Assembly: GCA_951406725.2 (NCBI GenBank)
Contig: OX597818.1
Span: 143,344,001-143,408,000, forward strand
Length of the DNA: 64,000 nucleotides
Reading direction: 5' to 3'
DNA from: Octopus vulgaris
Lineage: Eukaryota
A program made the translations under genes and the position numbers. Below, in pieces: positions 26,532-40,263 of this stretch (positions are counted from its first letter, which is position 1; every line of letters begins with the position of its first letter). The notes under the pieces were generated by a model. That model searched no databases. It was not told where the DNA came from and saw nothing but the letters and a program-made list of their open reading frames with translations.

Positions 26532-26742
26532 TTTCTTTACTACCCACAAGGGGCTAAACACAGAGAGGACAAACAAGGACAGACAAATGGATTAAGTCGA
26601 TTACATCGACCCCAGTGCGTAACTGGTACTTATTTAATCGATCCCGAAAGGATGAAAGGCAAAGTCGACCTCGGCGGAATTTGAACTCAGAACGTAGCTG
26701 CAGACGAAATACCGCTACACATTCCGCCCGGCGTGCTAACGT
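26532..26742 (-). mobile_element. Meta-domain SINE, 5'-truncated
   Basis: Reverse complement of the 44367-44598 type. TSD-like ttcctatacc(c)att on both sides. Confidence 0.85.
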
Positions 26743-27446
26743 TTCCTATACCATTAAGATTATTGCCATTAATGTTCCTCTTGAATCCTTGTAAGTCAAT
26801 ACATTAAAGATATGGGGGGATTCCTGCGAGACATCGTCCTAGCGAGGTAAAACTGGGTGTATTAATTAGTGTGGTACCGGGAGTGGGGATTGCTGGACAC
26901 AAGAAAGAAAATGGTTAAATCATTCAATTTCAGTATGCCAAACAGAAAAGAGCATCTGTCTTTATTCATTGAAAATGGTTTTTTGCTAGTGCCAGTCTTT
27001 AACAATGATTAACTCTTATTGCACCTTTTATGGCCAAGCCAGAGGGCGAGGGGTGGAATTCATGACTTTTTTCAAAGGTCCAGATTTGTTAAAAGGATGA
27101 AAGGAACGATATCCTCAGATCGGAGACCGGCGCCCAAATACTTGCAACAGAATAAATTATTCCAAAGACTCACAAATACCAGCCAGTAGTGTTAAACACA
27201 ACAATAGATTAAGTCTTTCACATAAAGAGCATAAACAGTCTCTGAGATGAACTTCCATAGAATTTCACTCATAAAACTTTTAGTTGACTCTTCAAAACTA
27301 CAGGACAAGTGTTTTCTCGTGCAGTGGGATTGAAAATGACACCGCATAATTGCAAGCAAACATCTTAATCACACAGCCATATCCGCACCATATTTAGTCC
27401 TACAACTTCATCTTTTTCGATTTCATCCTTTCTTTTATATATATAT

Positions 27447-27937
27447 AAGTTCAGCAAAATTTAGATTCAGATGAACATGGTACTTAAGTTAAAGGCACCA
27501 GAATTTTGTATGGTATTATCCATATAAATCAAATGGGGTGATTATAATCAAAATAAGCAACAAGTATATCCAAGGTAGTGTTAGTACAATTGTTTCATGC
27601 TACTTCATTTTATTAAACACTGTAAGTATTACATCAGTTTTAAAATGTCGAGCAATCTTCAGTCACATATAGAATTTTTTAATTAAACGGACATTCTTAT
27701 ACCACCATGTTCTTAATGATGAAATTAACCTCTCTGTCTGTATGTCTACCCCCTTTGTCATGTTGGCAAATGAAATAAGTACAAGAATGTGCATTGTCTG
27801 TTTAATTAAAATATTCTATATGTGGCTAAAGATTGATCGACATTTTAAAACATGTAATACTTACAACGTTTAATAAAATGAAGTAGCATGGAACAATTGT
27901 ACTACACTACCTTGGATATCCTTGTTGCTTATTTTGA
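27447..27937. mobile_element. Fold-back element with ~150-bp inverted arms between (TA)n tracts, with a hammerhead-like motif in each arm
   Basis: Arms ~27548-27697 and ~27785-27937 are reverse complements. Minus arm reads CTGAAGA...GAAA-caattg-TA. Confidence 0.85.
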
Positions 27938-28006
<69 letters not shown>

Positions 28007-28008
28007 TA

Positions 28009-28044
<36 letters not shown>

Positions 28045-28228
28045 TATTATTATTATTATTATTATTATTGTCGTTGTTGTTTTCAGATATAGTTGGTATG
28101 TGGGATCCCACTATCCAATGTGTACTTTTTTGTTTAACGACATTAGGGCGTAGTTCAACTACTTTTTCTAGAAAGTTAAGTAACTATATAGCGGTTTCCT
28201 CTGTCATTGATTTTACACACACACACAT

Positions 28229-28290
<62 letters not shown>

Positions 28291-28309
28291 GTATATATAT
28301 ATATATAAC

Positions 28310-28352
<43 letters not shown>

Positions 28353-29849
28353 CATATATACGTATATGTATATATACATATTTGTAAATATATATATATG
28401 TATATGTGTGTATATATATATATCACAACGGCGTCGTTTAGGCTTTATTAGTTTTGATTATTCCTGGAACATCAGATTTGTTTCCTTCGACTAATTACTC
28501 GGCTTATCAACAAAAAAAAGAGAAATATAATGAAACGAAAAAAACAAACAAACAAAAAATCATCAAAGTAAGTGGAGATTTGTACAAAGATGGCGCTTGG
28601 TGTTGTACAGCGGTGTTGTTTGAGAAGTGAGTTTTAATAAGGAGGGTATAACGTGAGTGGGAGATCTCTTCAAATTGGGTTACAGAAGACGAAGAAGATG
28701 TGGAAGAAGAGGAGGAAGGAGAAATGAAGCTGATATAACAAGAAACCTGATGGCGACATTGAGTTACTATATAGTGGAATGTATATTGAGTATTGAGATA
28801 AAATGGCTGCAATATTCTGAGACGTAGAAAGTTCCATTTTCCCGCCCTACCATTTTATTCTATTTTTATTTTGCTTTCTAAATGTTATTTTTTCTTATGA
28901 TTATTTGTATTTTATTATTTATCTATTATTTATTTATTTATATATTATTATTATTATTTTTTTTTTATTTCTTTCTTAAACTGTCGCTTGTTTTCTTGAA
29001 ACAGGTGGGAAAGAAAATGTGTACAGCAAGACGGATGAGATGTAGAGAGGTGGAGAAGAAAAGGAAAAATATACGAGAAAGGAAAGAGATAAAAAGGGGT
29101 GGATGCTAAGGTAAGAAGAAAACGAGAGGGAAAATAAACAAAGACGTAAGGATAGAAGAGTAAAGAGGGGTTGAGAGGGTTAGAGAAGGGAGGAGTTTGT
29201 GGTGGAATAGAGATAAGACGGTTGATGGTGGGGGAGAGGAAGTTTTATGGACGCGAAAGAAGGAAGATAATGAAAAGAATTAATAAATAAGAAAGAAGCG
29301 AGAGAAAGAGAGTGACAGAGACAGACAGGAACAGAGAGAGATAAACAGTGGTAGAGGGAAAGAGAGAGGGAGAGATAAGGAGAGAGAAAGGGAAGTAGAG
29401 GAATAGAGAGAGGGAGGGATAGGGGAGATCGAGCGAGAGAGAGAGAGAGGGAGAGGGGGGAATTGGGGAAGCAATGAGTCTCCGGACGCAGTTTTTGGTC
29501 GTCAGGTGTATTCCGACGTCTAAAATCCTGTAACACATTCATCAGTGGAAGTTCAAAGACAACCGTAAATAAGTTTTCTTTATATAAACCAAAGTTCAGA
29601 TGTCAGCGACGAACGAAAACAATTTGTTAAACAAATTATTCTGAAAGAATGCTCGAACTTTCTAAATCAGAATCACAGAAAAGAATTTAGAAGTTAAGCT
29701 TAACATAAACGAGCTCTAGGAATTTTATGGATAAATATTTCGCTGTTACACAGAAAATGCTAAAACATTTCTACACAATATTATTAGTGAGATGGTTCTA
29801 AATCATTGTTTTTATCATTTGCTGGGTCTGGAGGAATGGGAGTACGTTA

Positions 29850-31560
29850 AGCTCTCAAGACATGTGAGATTGATGCCATTAATTTTTCCCTTGAACTTTT
29901 ACCAGTGGGAAAGGCAAGAGAAGGGAAGAAGCTCCAGAGAGTCGACTTTCTGGAAAGGAAATACACAGCATTGAGGTTGACAGAGTAAAAGTAATGAGAA
30001 GAGAGATGATCAGAGGAAAATGCATGAGGAAAGATGGCGTAATCCAAGCCAGCTCCGAGGAGCAGTAATTGTTATAGGAGCGATACAGGAGGCAGGGCAC
30101 GAGACAGCGAGCTTGTTGACGAGAAGTTAGAGCGTGTCTGCAAGTGAATTCACGCCATGATATCGGGTAGTCTTGGGTAATTGTGTCTGGATCAGGTGTA
30201 GGATATTTGTGTGTGCGGTAGTAGCACTGTAACATGTGTGAGAGCCATACTTCATTGTGAACCTCACTTGTGTTTTGTTGAGTATTAATAATTATTGGAA
30301 TCTGATGTAATATCTCGTTCTAAATAGAAGAGCTAGTCGTTGGGATGAGATCCTAATTATGCTAAGGATGTGTTTTCGCTACCCTCGGTGCTAATGAGTC
30401 CCAACAACTGGAGCGTGTGTGAGAGCTTTAGTTGAGTGATTAGCACTTAAACAGTGGGAAACGGTTGTATAAATATGTATGCAAAACGGGCAAAACCAAA
30501 AAAAAAATATGCTTTTCTTAAGAATAATTTTCATACTTATTTTCGCTTTAGATAAGTACAAAAACTATGAAAGTGATATTTTAACCCTTAGATTATAAAA
30601 ATAAATACAAAAGGGTAATAAAATCAATTGACCTTAAATTCATTTGAGAATCATGTGTTGTTGTTGTCAAACGAATATGCAAATGAAGAAAAAGCGGTGC
30701 AGTTTTACCATCCAGAGCTACTTGAAGCATCAGCGTCTTCTGTGCTACCCAGAGTATCATAATCATCATATACCTCATCTTATGATGAAATGAAGTGAGA
30801 AAAACTTCATCGCTGTATAAATCTTCCATTTGCGACTTGATTACTCCTATCTATAATGGCCGCTTACGCTTAGGCGCATTTGACGAAGTAAACACTCATT
30901 TGTCAATCGATGATAGTCATATCCATGTAAAATTTTAGAAGTATCAAATGATGGTGTGCGCCGTTTAAGTTTAAAACTCTTGTAGTGCGACGATGTTTCC
31001 ATGGTTTCAGTAGTTTTGAATTTTCTTGCTTTTGAGACAAAATTGGCAGATCTCCATTAGAGCATGATTTAGAGGTCTCTGTTCATAGAGTCAGTGTGTC
31101 TTTGAGGTGTGGTGTCGAGGTTACGAATGGATGATGCCAGTCTAGAGAATTTTTAGAAGGGAGAAAGGGTACTGTAATCTGCACAAATGTGGGTGTTGTT
31201 GAGCGTAGTAACTTGTAAACGAGGTATAAAAGAAGAGAGTAGGGGAAAAACCGAACGCTAGGGTGCGTCGGAATTGATAGAATGCTGAATAGAAAGAGCA
31301 CTGACATCACATGTAGCGATAGTGCGATCTGATAGGAAGCTGCAGATCCAAGATGTGGGAGATGGTTAGAGCTCATATGCAGGACGTTTTGATCGGTGAT
31401 TCGCATGTCAGAAGCAGAAGAAAGCTTTGCTGATATGAAGAGTGATGATACATTTTCACCAAATTTCTCCGAGGCAAGAGCTCATTGGGTGATGATGTAG
31501 TAAAATAGATGATCAGTGCATCTGGTTTTACATGGATCTTATTATTTTCACATTTTTACA
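29850..31560 (-). mobile_element. Ancient CR1/L2-group LINE ORF2, interrupted by an unrelated insert (~30480-31010)
   Basis: Minus frames give NSDAP*RSV..(GVPQGS), HICADYST (YADD), SLNRDL*IML*W, VRFTMKYGSH and LLYRSYNNYCSSELA. Confidence 0.65.
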
Positions 31561-32196
31561 GAGTCAAGGATATTGGCTTCAATATAAATGAAACGAGGAA
31601 ACTATATATTAACAGGAATTCCAACAGCGCTACCCAGCTTACATGGCTTTAAAATGCAATGTCGCCTTATAATTTTGATCAGAAATGACATAGGATAAAA
31701 AAAAATATCGAATACTCTTTATATACATATAAGATAACTCTCTACATAAGAACGCATTAAATTTGTGCATATGTGTGTACGTGTGTTTATATATATACGC
31801 ATGCATGACAGTGCATAAACATTTAATCATTCATTATTTCACTTCGTTTTCAGTCGACATCTACAAGGTTCCGGCTTATCTTACTAATATAATAATTAAA
31901 CAAAACTTTTAAAGAACAGCATAGAAACAAAGCAAAACACTGTTTGTTTAGAACAAGACGGTAATACACACACATACACACACACATACACACACGTTCA
32001 CACTCAAACTTATGTATTATGTGTGTGTGTGTACACTTTATATGTGTGCCTGTGTATATATGCATTTACACTCAAGTACATATACGTACAAATATGTGTG
32101 CGTACATACATACATACATACGTTAATGCATACATACACACATACATACGTAAATGCATATATGCATATACAAATATATATGTGTGTGTGTGTGTG

Positions 32197-32227
<31 letters not shown>

Positions 32228-32548
32228 ATGGGTGTGTGCGCGCGTGAGAGAGAGAGAGAGAGAGATAAGCGTTTCCAAAGATGTTAGTGTGACGTAATCC
32301 TTCCATCATAGGACTGTGTGAAAGAGAGAGCGCAGGTTCAATAATTAAATATAACATTGATATCTCTCAATTTGCTGCATTCAAAGAAATAAGACGAGTC
32401 AAAAAGGGACATCTGCACAGTCAATCTATCTGCTAGAAATAGCAGCTGAATTCCATTCAGCTCACTACCTATTGTTCAAGAATGGAAAGCCGAGGTGTAT
32501 ATGCAGACAAGTATTCCTTCTAAGTTTTTGTGGTTATCTATTAGAAGT

Positions 32549-33360
32549 TCAAAAGGGGACAAGATACACAACTGGAACTGCTAGGGAATTTATAGCTAAC
32601 ACCTTGTTACGTGCATTTAGTTCAGATTTCAGGACTGCACGAACTCTCCTATAACATTCCTTCCTGATCTTCTCTTTCATGCTTGCATGCTGAATACCAG
32701 AGCCTTCATTTATTCCTAAATATTTGTATGTTTGTTCTTGCTCAAGCTCTCTTATGACTGTGTCAACATCTAACACGACTGAATTTGTGGTCTTCACTTT
32801 CCCTTTGTGGAAAGTGGCCTTGGCACACTTCTCAAGCCCAAACTCCATCCCGATGTCATCGCTGAATGCTTTCACGGTGCGCAATAGGCCTTCAAGTTCA
32901 TTATCGTCTTTACCATAGAGTTTTAAGTCATCCATATGAAATAGATGGCTTATTTTTTTATTGGCAATTTTATACCCATACCCTGTTCTGTTTAATTCAC
33001 TTGTAAGGGGTATTAGGGCTATGCAGAATATTAAAGGTGAAAGTGAGTCACCTTGAAAAATTCCACAGTTAATGTTTATATTTTCTGAGGCAAGTACTCC
33101 ATTAGAGTGGTATAATTGGAGATTCGTATTCCATAACGACATATTGTGCTTCAGGAAGCTTGAAATCACAGGGCAAAGATGGAGTGGTTACATGGTTGTT
33201 GCAGTTTGAGAGTTGTCGTCCTTATATTTTCTTTACTCTGTTGAGATGTTTATTTTTTGTTCAGTCTTTGTTCATGAGTCCATCATACCGAACATTCTCA
33301 ACTTGATCTAAATACTTGTAGTTGTCACTTAGCTGTATAATTAGTATTGCCAGGTCGTTT
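32549..33360 (-). mobile_element. R4/Dong-like LINE reverse transcriptase fragment
   Basis: ORF 32549-33169 GIFQGDSLSPLIFC, HLFHMDDLKLY, GMEFGLEKCA, YKYLG, AINSLAVPV. Confidence 0.92.
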
Positions 33361-33392
33361 ATTATTGTTGTTTTTTTTATCTATCTATTCAT

Positions 33393-33695
33393 GTTAGTTA
33401 GTTAGTTAATTTTTTGGCTCAAAAAGCAAGAAGCAAGGCCATGTAGGGGGACATGGAGTTAAGTACAGGGTGGTGTTCATGTAAATAGTGCAGGCCACTT
33501 GAGGTCAAGGGAGACTTAGAACCGAGCGGTCGTCGTCATCTTCACCATCTCGTCTGGCAGCTTGTTCCACGGATCCGCAACCCGGACGGAGAAAGCTCCT
33601 CTCCTTCGATTGAGATGAAATCGTCGCAGGTAGAGCTTTTCGGAATGACCCCGCAGCCGACGCTCCGGAGCAGGAGTGAAGAACAACTCTTTCGA
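33393..33695 (-). mobile_element. CR1 LINE 3' end with (AACT)n tail
   Basis: RLRGHSEKLY...RRGAFSVRVADPWNKLP motif. Confidence 0.85.
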
Positions 33696-34230
33696 GAGGT
33701 TACACTTTCCGCTTGTTTATTCATGTTTAACTTTTGATAGAGCAGAACTTTTCCTCGTTTTATGATCATAAATAGGCATTTAAATTCATTAATTACAACC
33801 CATTTGCTTTTTTGACGAGTTAACATTCAATCTATACAGCTTCAGAAAGTTTGCACAAAAGGAATGAGAAATGTTCTTAGACTCGTGTAAATATGTTTTG
33901 GGAACAGATAAGATAACGAGTTTAATGAGAAGACAAAAATCAGTACAGATAAGATTTAATTAGTGCGTTCCCACCTCACGGAAATAATGCAGAGTAATAA
34001 CATGAATGTTATGTGTTGGATAACAGCCACCAGCTGTTGCAGAATTATATTTAATTGTAATGTTTTATTATTCCAACCATGTGGTTTACCGTCAAAGGCT
34101 TTCTGGTGATCTAGCCACACTACAGACAAGTTCCGAACTGTTTCCCCCCGTTTACTCTTGTAGTATTTTGTTAATTAATACCTGCTCCGAAGAGTACTAT
34201 CCTTCGTTTACTCAATTTACTCAGTCGTTA

Positions 34231-34301
<71 letters not shown>

Positions 34302-34305
<4 letters not shown>

Positions 34306-34897
34306 TTAAAACAGTTGGCATATTACCAGCTAATGTACGCCACTAGCCCAGAAGGAATGTTAGAGATGCCACGACAATATAGCAAGGATTGTCTATTGGA
34401 CGCGTTGCAACAAGTCTGGTCTTGACAGAGAAAAAATTGGTACGATCACAAACCCGAAGACATCATCGAAAATGATAATGCAAAGATCCTTTGGGATTTT
34501 ATGATTCAGAGACAGAAAATAGGAAGCCAGATATAGTCTTAATTGAGAAAGAAAGTAAACTATGCTGCCTAGCTGACGACAAGGTATGCGATAAGGAAAA
34601 AAAAAGTCGAGAGGTATGACAGGTTAGCTTAGGAGGTAAAGCAGTTGTGGTCAAAGAAAAAGGAGGTAGTGGTACCAATAACTGTTGGAGCCCTGGCAAC
34701 AGAGAGTAACAATCCCGAGAAGTACATGGAACAAATAGGGGTTGCAATAAGGGTGGTGCACTTGCAGAAAACAACACTGCTGGAACCACTCGAATACTCC
34801 AGAAGGTACTCGAAAAATAAGAGGTTACCTTAGTTCACTGGTAGTGAACAGCCGACGCCGTAGTACATCTTCAGCGTTAGAAGCTATGCAAAGACAA
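34302..34897 (+). mobile_element. R4/Dong-like LINE 3' fragment between (AAT)n tracts
   Basis: CTPLAQKE..HDNIARIVYW, IENDNAKILWDF, RKPDIV, VVPITVGAL. Confidence 0.85.
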
Positions 34898-34899
34898 TA

Positions 34900-34987
<88 letters not shown>

Positions 34988-34989
<2 letters not shown>

Positions 34990-35473
34990 CATTGTTTTGT
35001 CTTGGTATAAAAGATGGGCTACAGCAAATATTCTGCTCAATACCACAGATTTGCTTGTCAGTTGTTTGACCTTAACCAATTGAGCATGTCCCTTAGTGGC
35101 TGACGATATGTGCATCTCTGATCACGATCAGAAGTAGTAGCCGAGCATCATAGCCTTGTGTTTAGAGAAATTATTTGGGGTTTGGTTAATTCACCTCTGG
35201 AAACATGGGTGTTTCGTTCAACATCCTTAAACAATCTTTATTCAAGGATCTTTTGAGCGGGATGGGCTACTCAAGCTGAAGAAAATTCTGACTAGGCTCC
35301 TCCTAGAAAGACGTGCGCTGTTTATCTTGATATGAGATCACCATGTCGGGCACATATATCTGTGATGCATGTCCCTGGTGTACCCTTATCAGACGGGTAG
35401 CCATGATGGGTATACTGGGCTTCGTATATTTTACCCCAGGGTCACTTGTTGACATGCACTGCTCTCTCACTCA
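34988..35473 (+). mobile_element. Non-coding (AAT)n-flanked element, 5'-truncated
   Basis: Near-identical to 35667-36224 and 634-1170. Confidence 0.88.
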
Positions 35474-35483
35474 ATAATAATAA

Positions 35484-35566
<83 letters not shown>

Positions 35567-35572
35567 GTAATG

Positions 35573-35666
<94 letters not shown>

Positions 35667-35669
<3 letters not shown>

Positions 35670-36224
35670 GCCCTGATACAGTACCAGATAGTGGCTTCTC
35701 ATGGCTTCTGATCTTAACTGATTGGAAGTGTTATCATGTACATTGTTTTGTCTTGGTATAAAAGATGGGCTACAGCAAATATTCTGCTCAATACCACAGA
35801 TTTGCTTGTCAGTTGTTTGACCTTAACCAGTTGAGCATGTCCCTTAGTGGTTGACGATATGTGCATCTCTGATCACGAGCAGAAGAAGTGGGGGAGCATC
35901 ATAGCCATGTGTTAAGAGGGATTCTTTGGTGTTTGAATAATTCACCTCTGGAAACATGGGTGGTTCTTTCAACATCCTTAAACAACCCTTATTCAGGGAC
36001 CTTTTGAGCGGGATGGGCTACTCAAGCTGAAGAAAATTCTAACTGGGCCCCACCTGCAAGGTCATGTGCTGTTTATCTTGATATGAGATCACCATGTCGC
36101 GCACATATGGTTGTGATGCATGTGCCTGGTGTACTTTTATCAGACGGGTAGTCATGATGGGTATATTGGGCTTCGTATATTTTACCCCAGTGTCACTTTG
36201 ATGGCATGCACTGCTCTCTCACTC
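35667..36224 (+). mobile_element. Non-coding (AAT)n-flanked element, apparently full length
   Basis: Runs atgccctgat...gcactgctctctcactc with (AAT)n on both sides. Confidence 0.88.
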
Positions 36225-36343
<119 letters not shown>

Positions 36344-36360
36344 TAATAATAATAATAATG

Positions 36361-36516
36361 ATAAGAAAATTGCACTACTAGGCACTGCACATATCCTACG
36401 CAGAACACTTTCCATACAATAACCATCAGAGCATCACAACAAATCACAGCACATACCCAAGGCACACAGAGCTGTGCTCGGTAGTGAAGTGAAAGCACGC
36501 TATAAAAATAAAACTA

Positions 36517-36520
<4 letters not shown>
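36361..36520 (+). mobile_element. R4/Dong-like extreme 3' end
   Basis: KIALLGTAHILRRTLSIQ*, then a 3' UTR ending actactg(aat)n. Confidence 0.85.
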
Positions 36521-36587
<67 letters not shown>

Positions 36588-36592
<5 letters not shown>

Positions 36593-37942
36593 CCACATCC
36601 AAACGTACAAACACTAAGGAATCAATGAACTAGATTCAGTACAATACACAGAAACGAAAAAAAAAGACAAGGAAGGAATACTATAGATGAATTAGATTAA
36701 TACTTAAAACAGCTCAACGAGCTCAATGCGCAAACAAGATAATAGGTTTTAATACTCTAGCTGTCCCAGTATTTAGTAACAGTTACATTGTTCGTAATTG
36801 TACACCAAATGAGCTAACAAAGCTAGAGAGGAAAAGAAGAAAAATAATGACGGAATTCATAATACACCGTCGAAAATCTGACATAGAAACTTTATATATA
36901 CAATGAATCGAAGGCCTCATACAACTAGGAACTTTCTTTAAAATAATCACCGTAGGATTACAGAAATATCTAACTCTGAACCAAGGAAAACTTGTACGAA
37001 AACCACAAAATAAGGGCAAAAGAAAAAAAAACTGTTCTCTGTCTTTAAGGAAGCCGAAAACTAAAAGTGGTCATAGTACTTGACAACTTATGGTGAAAAA
37101 GAGCAAACAACAAAAGCTATAAAGCAAATAAAATCTAAAGTAAAACTGAAACGACAAAATACGATGATAAAACGAAAAGCTCTTCAGTGGCAAATACTGG
37201 GATAAGCTAAACAGAGCAGAAATAGACAAAGTAAAGTCCCAACAATGGTTGAGAAGCTCGGGACTCAAGGATTTTTAATTTCGGCTCAAGACTAAAATCT
37301 CCTCACCAGAAACCACCAGAAACACATAATGAAGAAAAGTACAATGAGTAACTTCAGAATATATGGTAATGGAGAAGAAACAATAAATGATATTGTCTCT
37401 GGCTGTCCAGACCTGGCTGAGAAGGAATATATCCGAAGACATGACAGGGTTGGGATCTATATACACTGGAAAGCTATGCCAACATTATGCAAGAACAACA
37501 GAAAAAGATGGTAATAACACACTACAGGTGTAAAAAAAATGACAAAGTAACCATACTCTGGGATATGGCAATACACACAGATAAAGAGATCAAGGCTAAA
37601 AACCGGATATAGTTGTGAGAGATTATCAAGAAAAAATGCCTCCTAATCAACGTATCAATTCCAACAGATAACAATGTAACTCGAAAAGAAACTATCAAAA
37701 TATAAAGATCTGGAAATAGAGATAGCCCGAATGTGGAGCCTAAAAACAGAAACAATTCCTAAAATAATAGATGCATTAAGTGTGATTAAAAGATACAAAT
37801 AAAAACATAATCAAAATACTAGGACTTACAAATATATATAGCATACAGAAAATAACACTATTAAGCACTGGCATATACCGAAGTAATACAGTGCTGCGCT
37901 CGGTAGGGCACGAAAGCACGTGATAAAATTAAGACTACTGTA
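36588..37942 (+). mobile_element. R4/Dong-like LINE fragment (thumb to RLE), frameshifted
   Basis: NTLAVPV, ETINDIVSGCPDLAEKEYIRRHDRVGIYIHW, ILWD, KPDIV. The 3' end resembles 36361-36520. Confidence 0.85.
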
Positions 37943-37944
37943 TA

Positions 37945-37996
37945 ATGATGATGATGACGATGATGACGACGACGACGACGACGCTGCTGCTACTGC

Positions 37997-38028
<32 letters not shown>

Positions 38029-38257
38029 ATGATGGTGATGATGATGGTGATGATGATGATGGTGATGATGATGGTGATGATGATCGTGATGATGATGATG
38101 GTGATGATGATGGTGATGATGATGGTGATGATGATGGTGATGATGATGATGATGATGGTGATGATGATGGTGATGATGATGATGGTGATGATGATGGTGA
38201 TGATGATGATGATGATGGTGATGATGATGGTGATGATGATGATGGTGATGATGATGG

Positions 38258-38301
<44 letters not shown>

Positions 38302-38343
38302 GTGATGATAATGGTGATGATGATGATGGTGGTGGTGATGGTG

Positions 38344-38375
<32 letters not shown>

Positions 38376-38427
38376 GGGGATGATGATGGTGATGATAATG
38401 GTGATGATGATGATGGTGGTGTGATGG

Positions 38428-38503
<76 letters not shown>

Positions 38504-38510
38504 GGTGATG

Positions 38511-38563
<53 letters not shown>

Positions 38564-38570
38564 GATGATA
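37945..38570. repeat. Compound trinucleotide array (GAT/GGT/GAC/GCT) with 60-bp higher-order periodicity
   Basis: The lines starting at 38161 and 38221 are nearly identical. Confidence 0.95.
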
Positions 38571-38974
38571 ACAATATGCCAATGTGGATACCCGGCAGTG
38601 GTTGCCATGGATTCTGGATCTTAACTGATTGGAAGAGTCGGCATCTACATGTTTTGCCTTCTCAACCACCACCTCTTGATGGGTGATTTAAAATTGTTCG
38701 TAAAAGTAGAGAATAAAAATGGATAAGCTGGTTCAGACTGTACAGATGTGCAACAAGGATACAGGAATGGAATTTGGCATCTAAAATTGTGTGGTACTCA
38801 CTTTGGAAATCTGTTTATTGATTGACATGAAAATACTTAGTGACCATAATATCTCGACAAAAGAGTTTGATAAGCTCAGAAAATATAAAGATTTGCATCT
38901 CAGGACGAAATTGAAAAGAAGTGGCATCTCAGGACGATTAGAATACCAGTGATTGTAGCACCAAGCCAGTGTTT

Positions 38975-39397
38975 ACGACGCTAAACATCTTGATAAAAGA
39001 CACATTTTTCATCACTGATCACCAGTCTGTCCAAAAAGGGCGAAATGAGAAGAGCAGATGGTCACCAGGGATTTGCGGTTGGCTTCAGACAAATCATGAG
39101 TCACCCATTTTCCGAGTTTTGGGATCTTTCCATCGCCAATTCTTCAACTGAAACTGCATGTTATTTTCCAAATTCTATCAAAAAAAGCTTATCATCAAGC
39201 TTAACTGGACGTCCTGTTCAGGCCTCATCTTCAAGGCTGAAGTATCTACTTCTGAATTTTACAAACCATCTTCTGCAAGTTTTTTCATTCAGGCACTCTT
39301 CTCCAAAAGCTGAGTGAATATTTTGAGTCGCTTCAGTTGCAGAGTTCCCATTTTAAAACTCATAAAGCATTATGTGCCTCAAATGCTCCTTTGACAT
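38975..39397 (-). pseudogene. Mariner (Mos1/SETMAR-like) transposase remnant
   Basis: MSKEHLRHIMLYEF*NGNSATEA...RWFVKFRS..FSLEDEA*TGRP and FLDRLVISDEK. Confidence 0.85.
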
Positions 39398-39436
39398 TTC
39401 AATTATATTATCTTGCAAAATGAAATTTAATTAGTT

Positions 39437-39810
39437 TAGGAGTGGCTGTGTGGTAACAAACTCGCTCCCCAACCACATGACTCCAGGTTTAGTCCCACTG
39501 TGTTGAAACTTGGGCAAGTGTCTTCTATTCTAACCTTGGGCCGACCAAAGCCTTCTGAGTGGATTTGGTAGATGGAAACTGAAAGAAGTCCGTCGTATAT
39601 ATGTATTTGTGTATCTGTGTTTGTTCCCCCACCATTACTTGACAACCGATGTTAGTGTGTTTACGTCCCCCTAACTTAGCGGTTCGGCAAAAGAAATCCG
39701 ATAGAATAAGTACTAGGCTTACAAAGAATGAGTCCTGGGGTCAATTTGTTCGATTAAAGGCGATGCTCCAGCATGGCTGCAATCAAATGACTGAAACAAG
39801 AAAAAGAATA
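39437..39810 (+). mobile_element. Bipartite tRNA-SINE
   Basis: Homologous to 14265-14700. Confidence 0.85.
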
Positions 39811-40201
39811 GAAGAATAAAAGACTGTCCAAATACATATAAATATTACTCGATGCCATTAGACATCTGTTAATGCGTTTACAAATTGAAAATATAGATGT
39901 CTGAACATTACGTGTGGGATGTCCTGATGTATACACCGCGGGCTTATTTCAGCTTTCGTCTAGCAAAACCCACTTGCAAGGGTTTGGTCGGCTCAGGGCT
40001 ACTACGCGACACCTTGGGTCGAACATTGGAATTGAATCCAGAAACATGTGGTCGGGAATCAAACTTCTTATCACACATCCATGACTGCGCCGAAAAGATG
40101 TTTCCAGCACCTAGATTTGTCGAGCGGTCACCTGTCTAAGTACTAACTAGGATCGACGTTGTTTTACTGTAGTGATGGGACGGGAAGTGGTGTTTTCAAA
40201 A

Positions 40202-40263
<62 letters not shown>

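Noticed and set aside
28560-28850. YY1/E2F-like motif cluster (AAGATGGCG, TTTTCCCGCC); also AAGATGGCG near 30031
   Set aside because: The 30 kb instance lies within a decayed LINE. The 28 kb one is close to (TA)n and may be repeat-derived, so promoter status is unsupported.
37826-38672. Poly-D/G, poly-H, poly-M and poly-S ORFs resembling acidic or His-rich structural proteins
   Set aside because: Trinucleotide array at a LINE tail, with several frames open and no splice or signal-peptide context.
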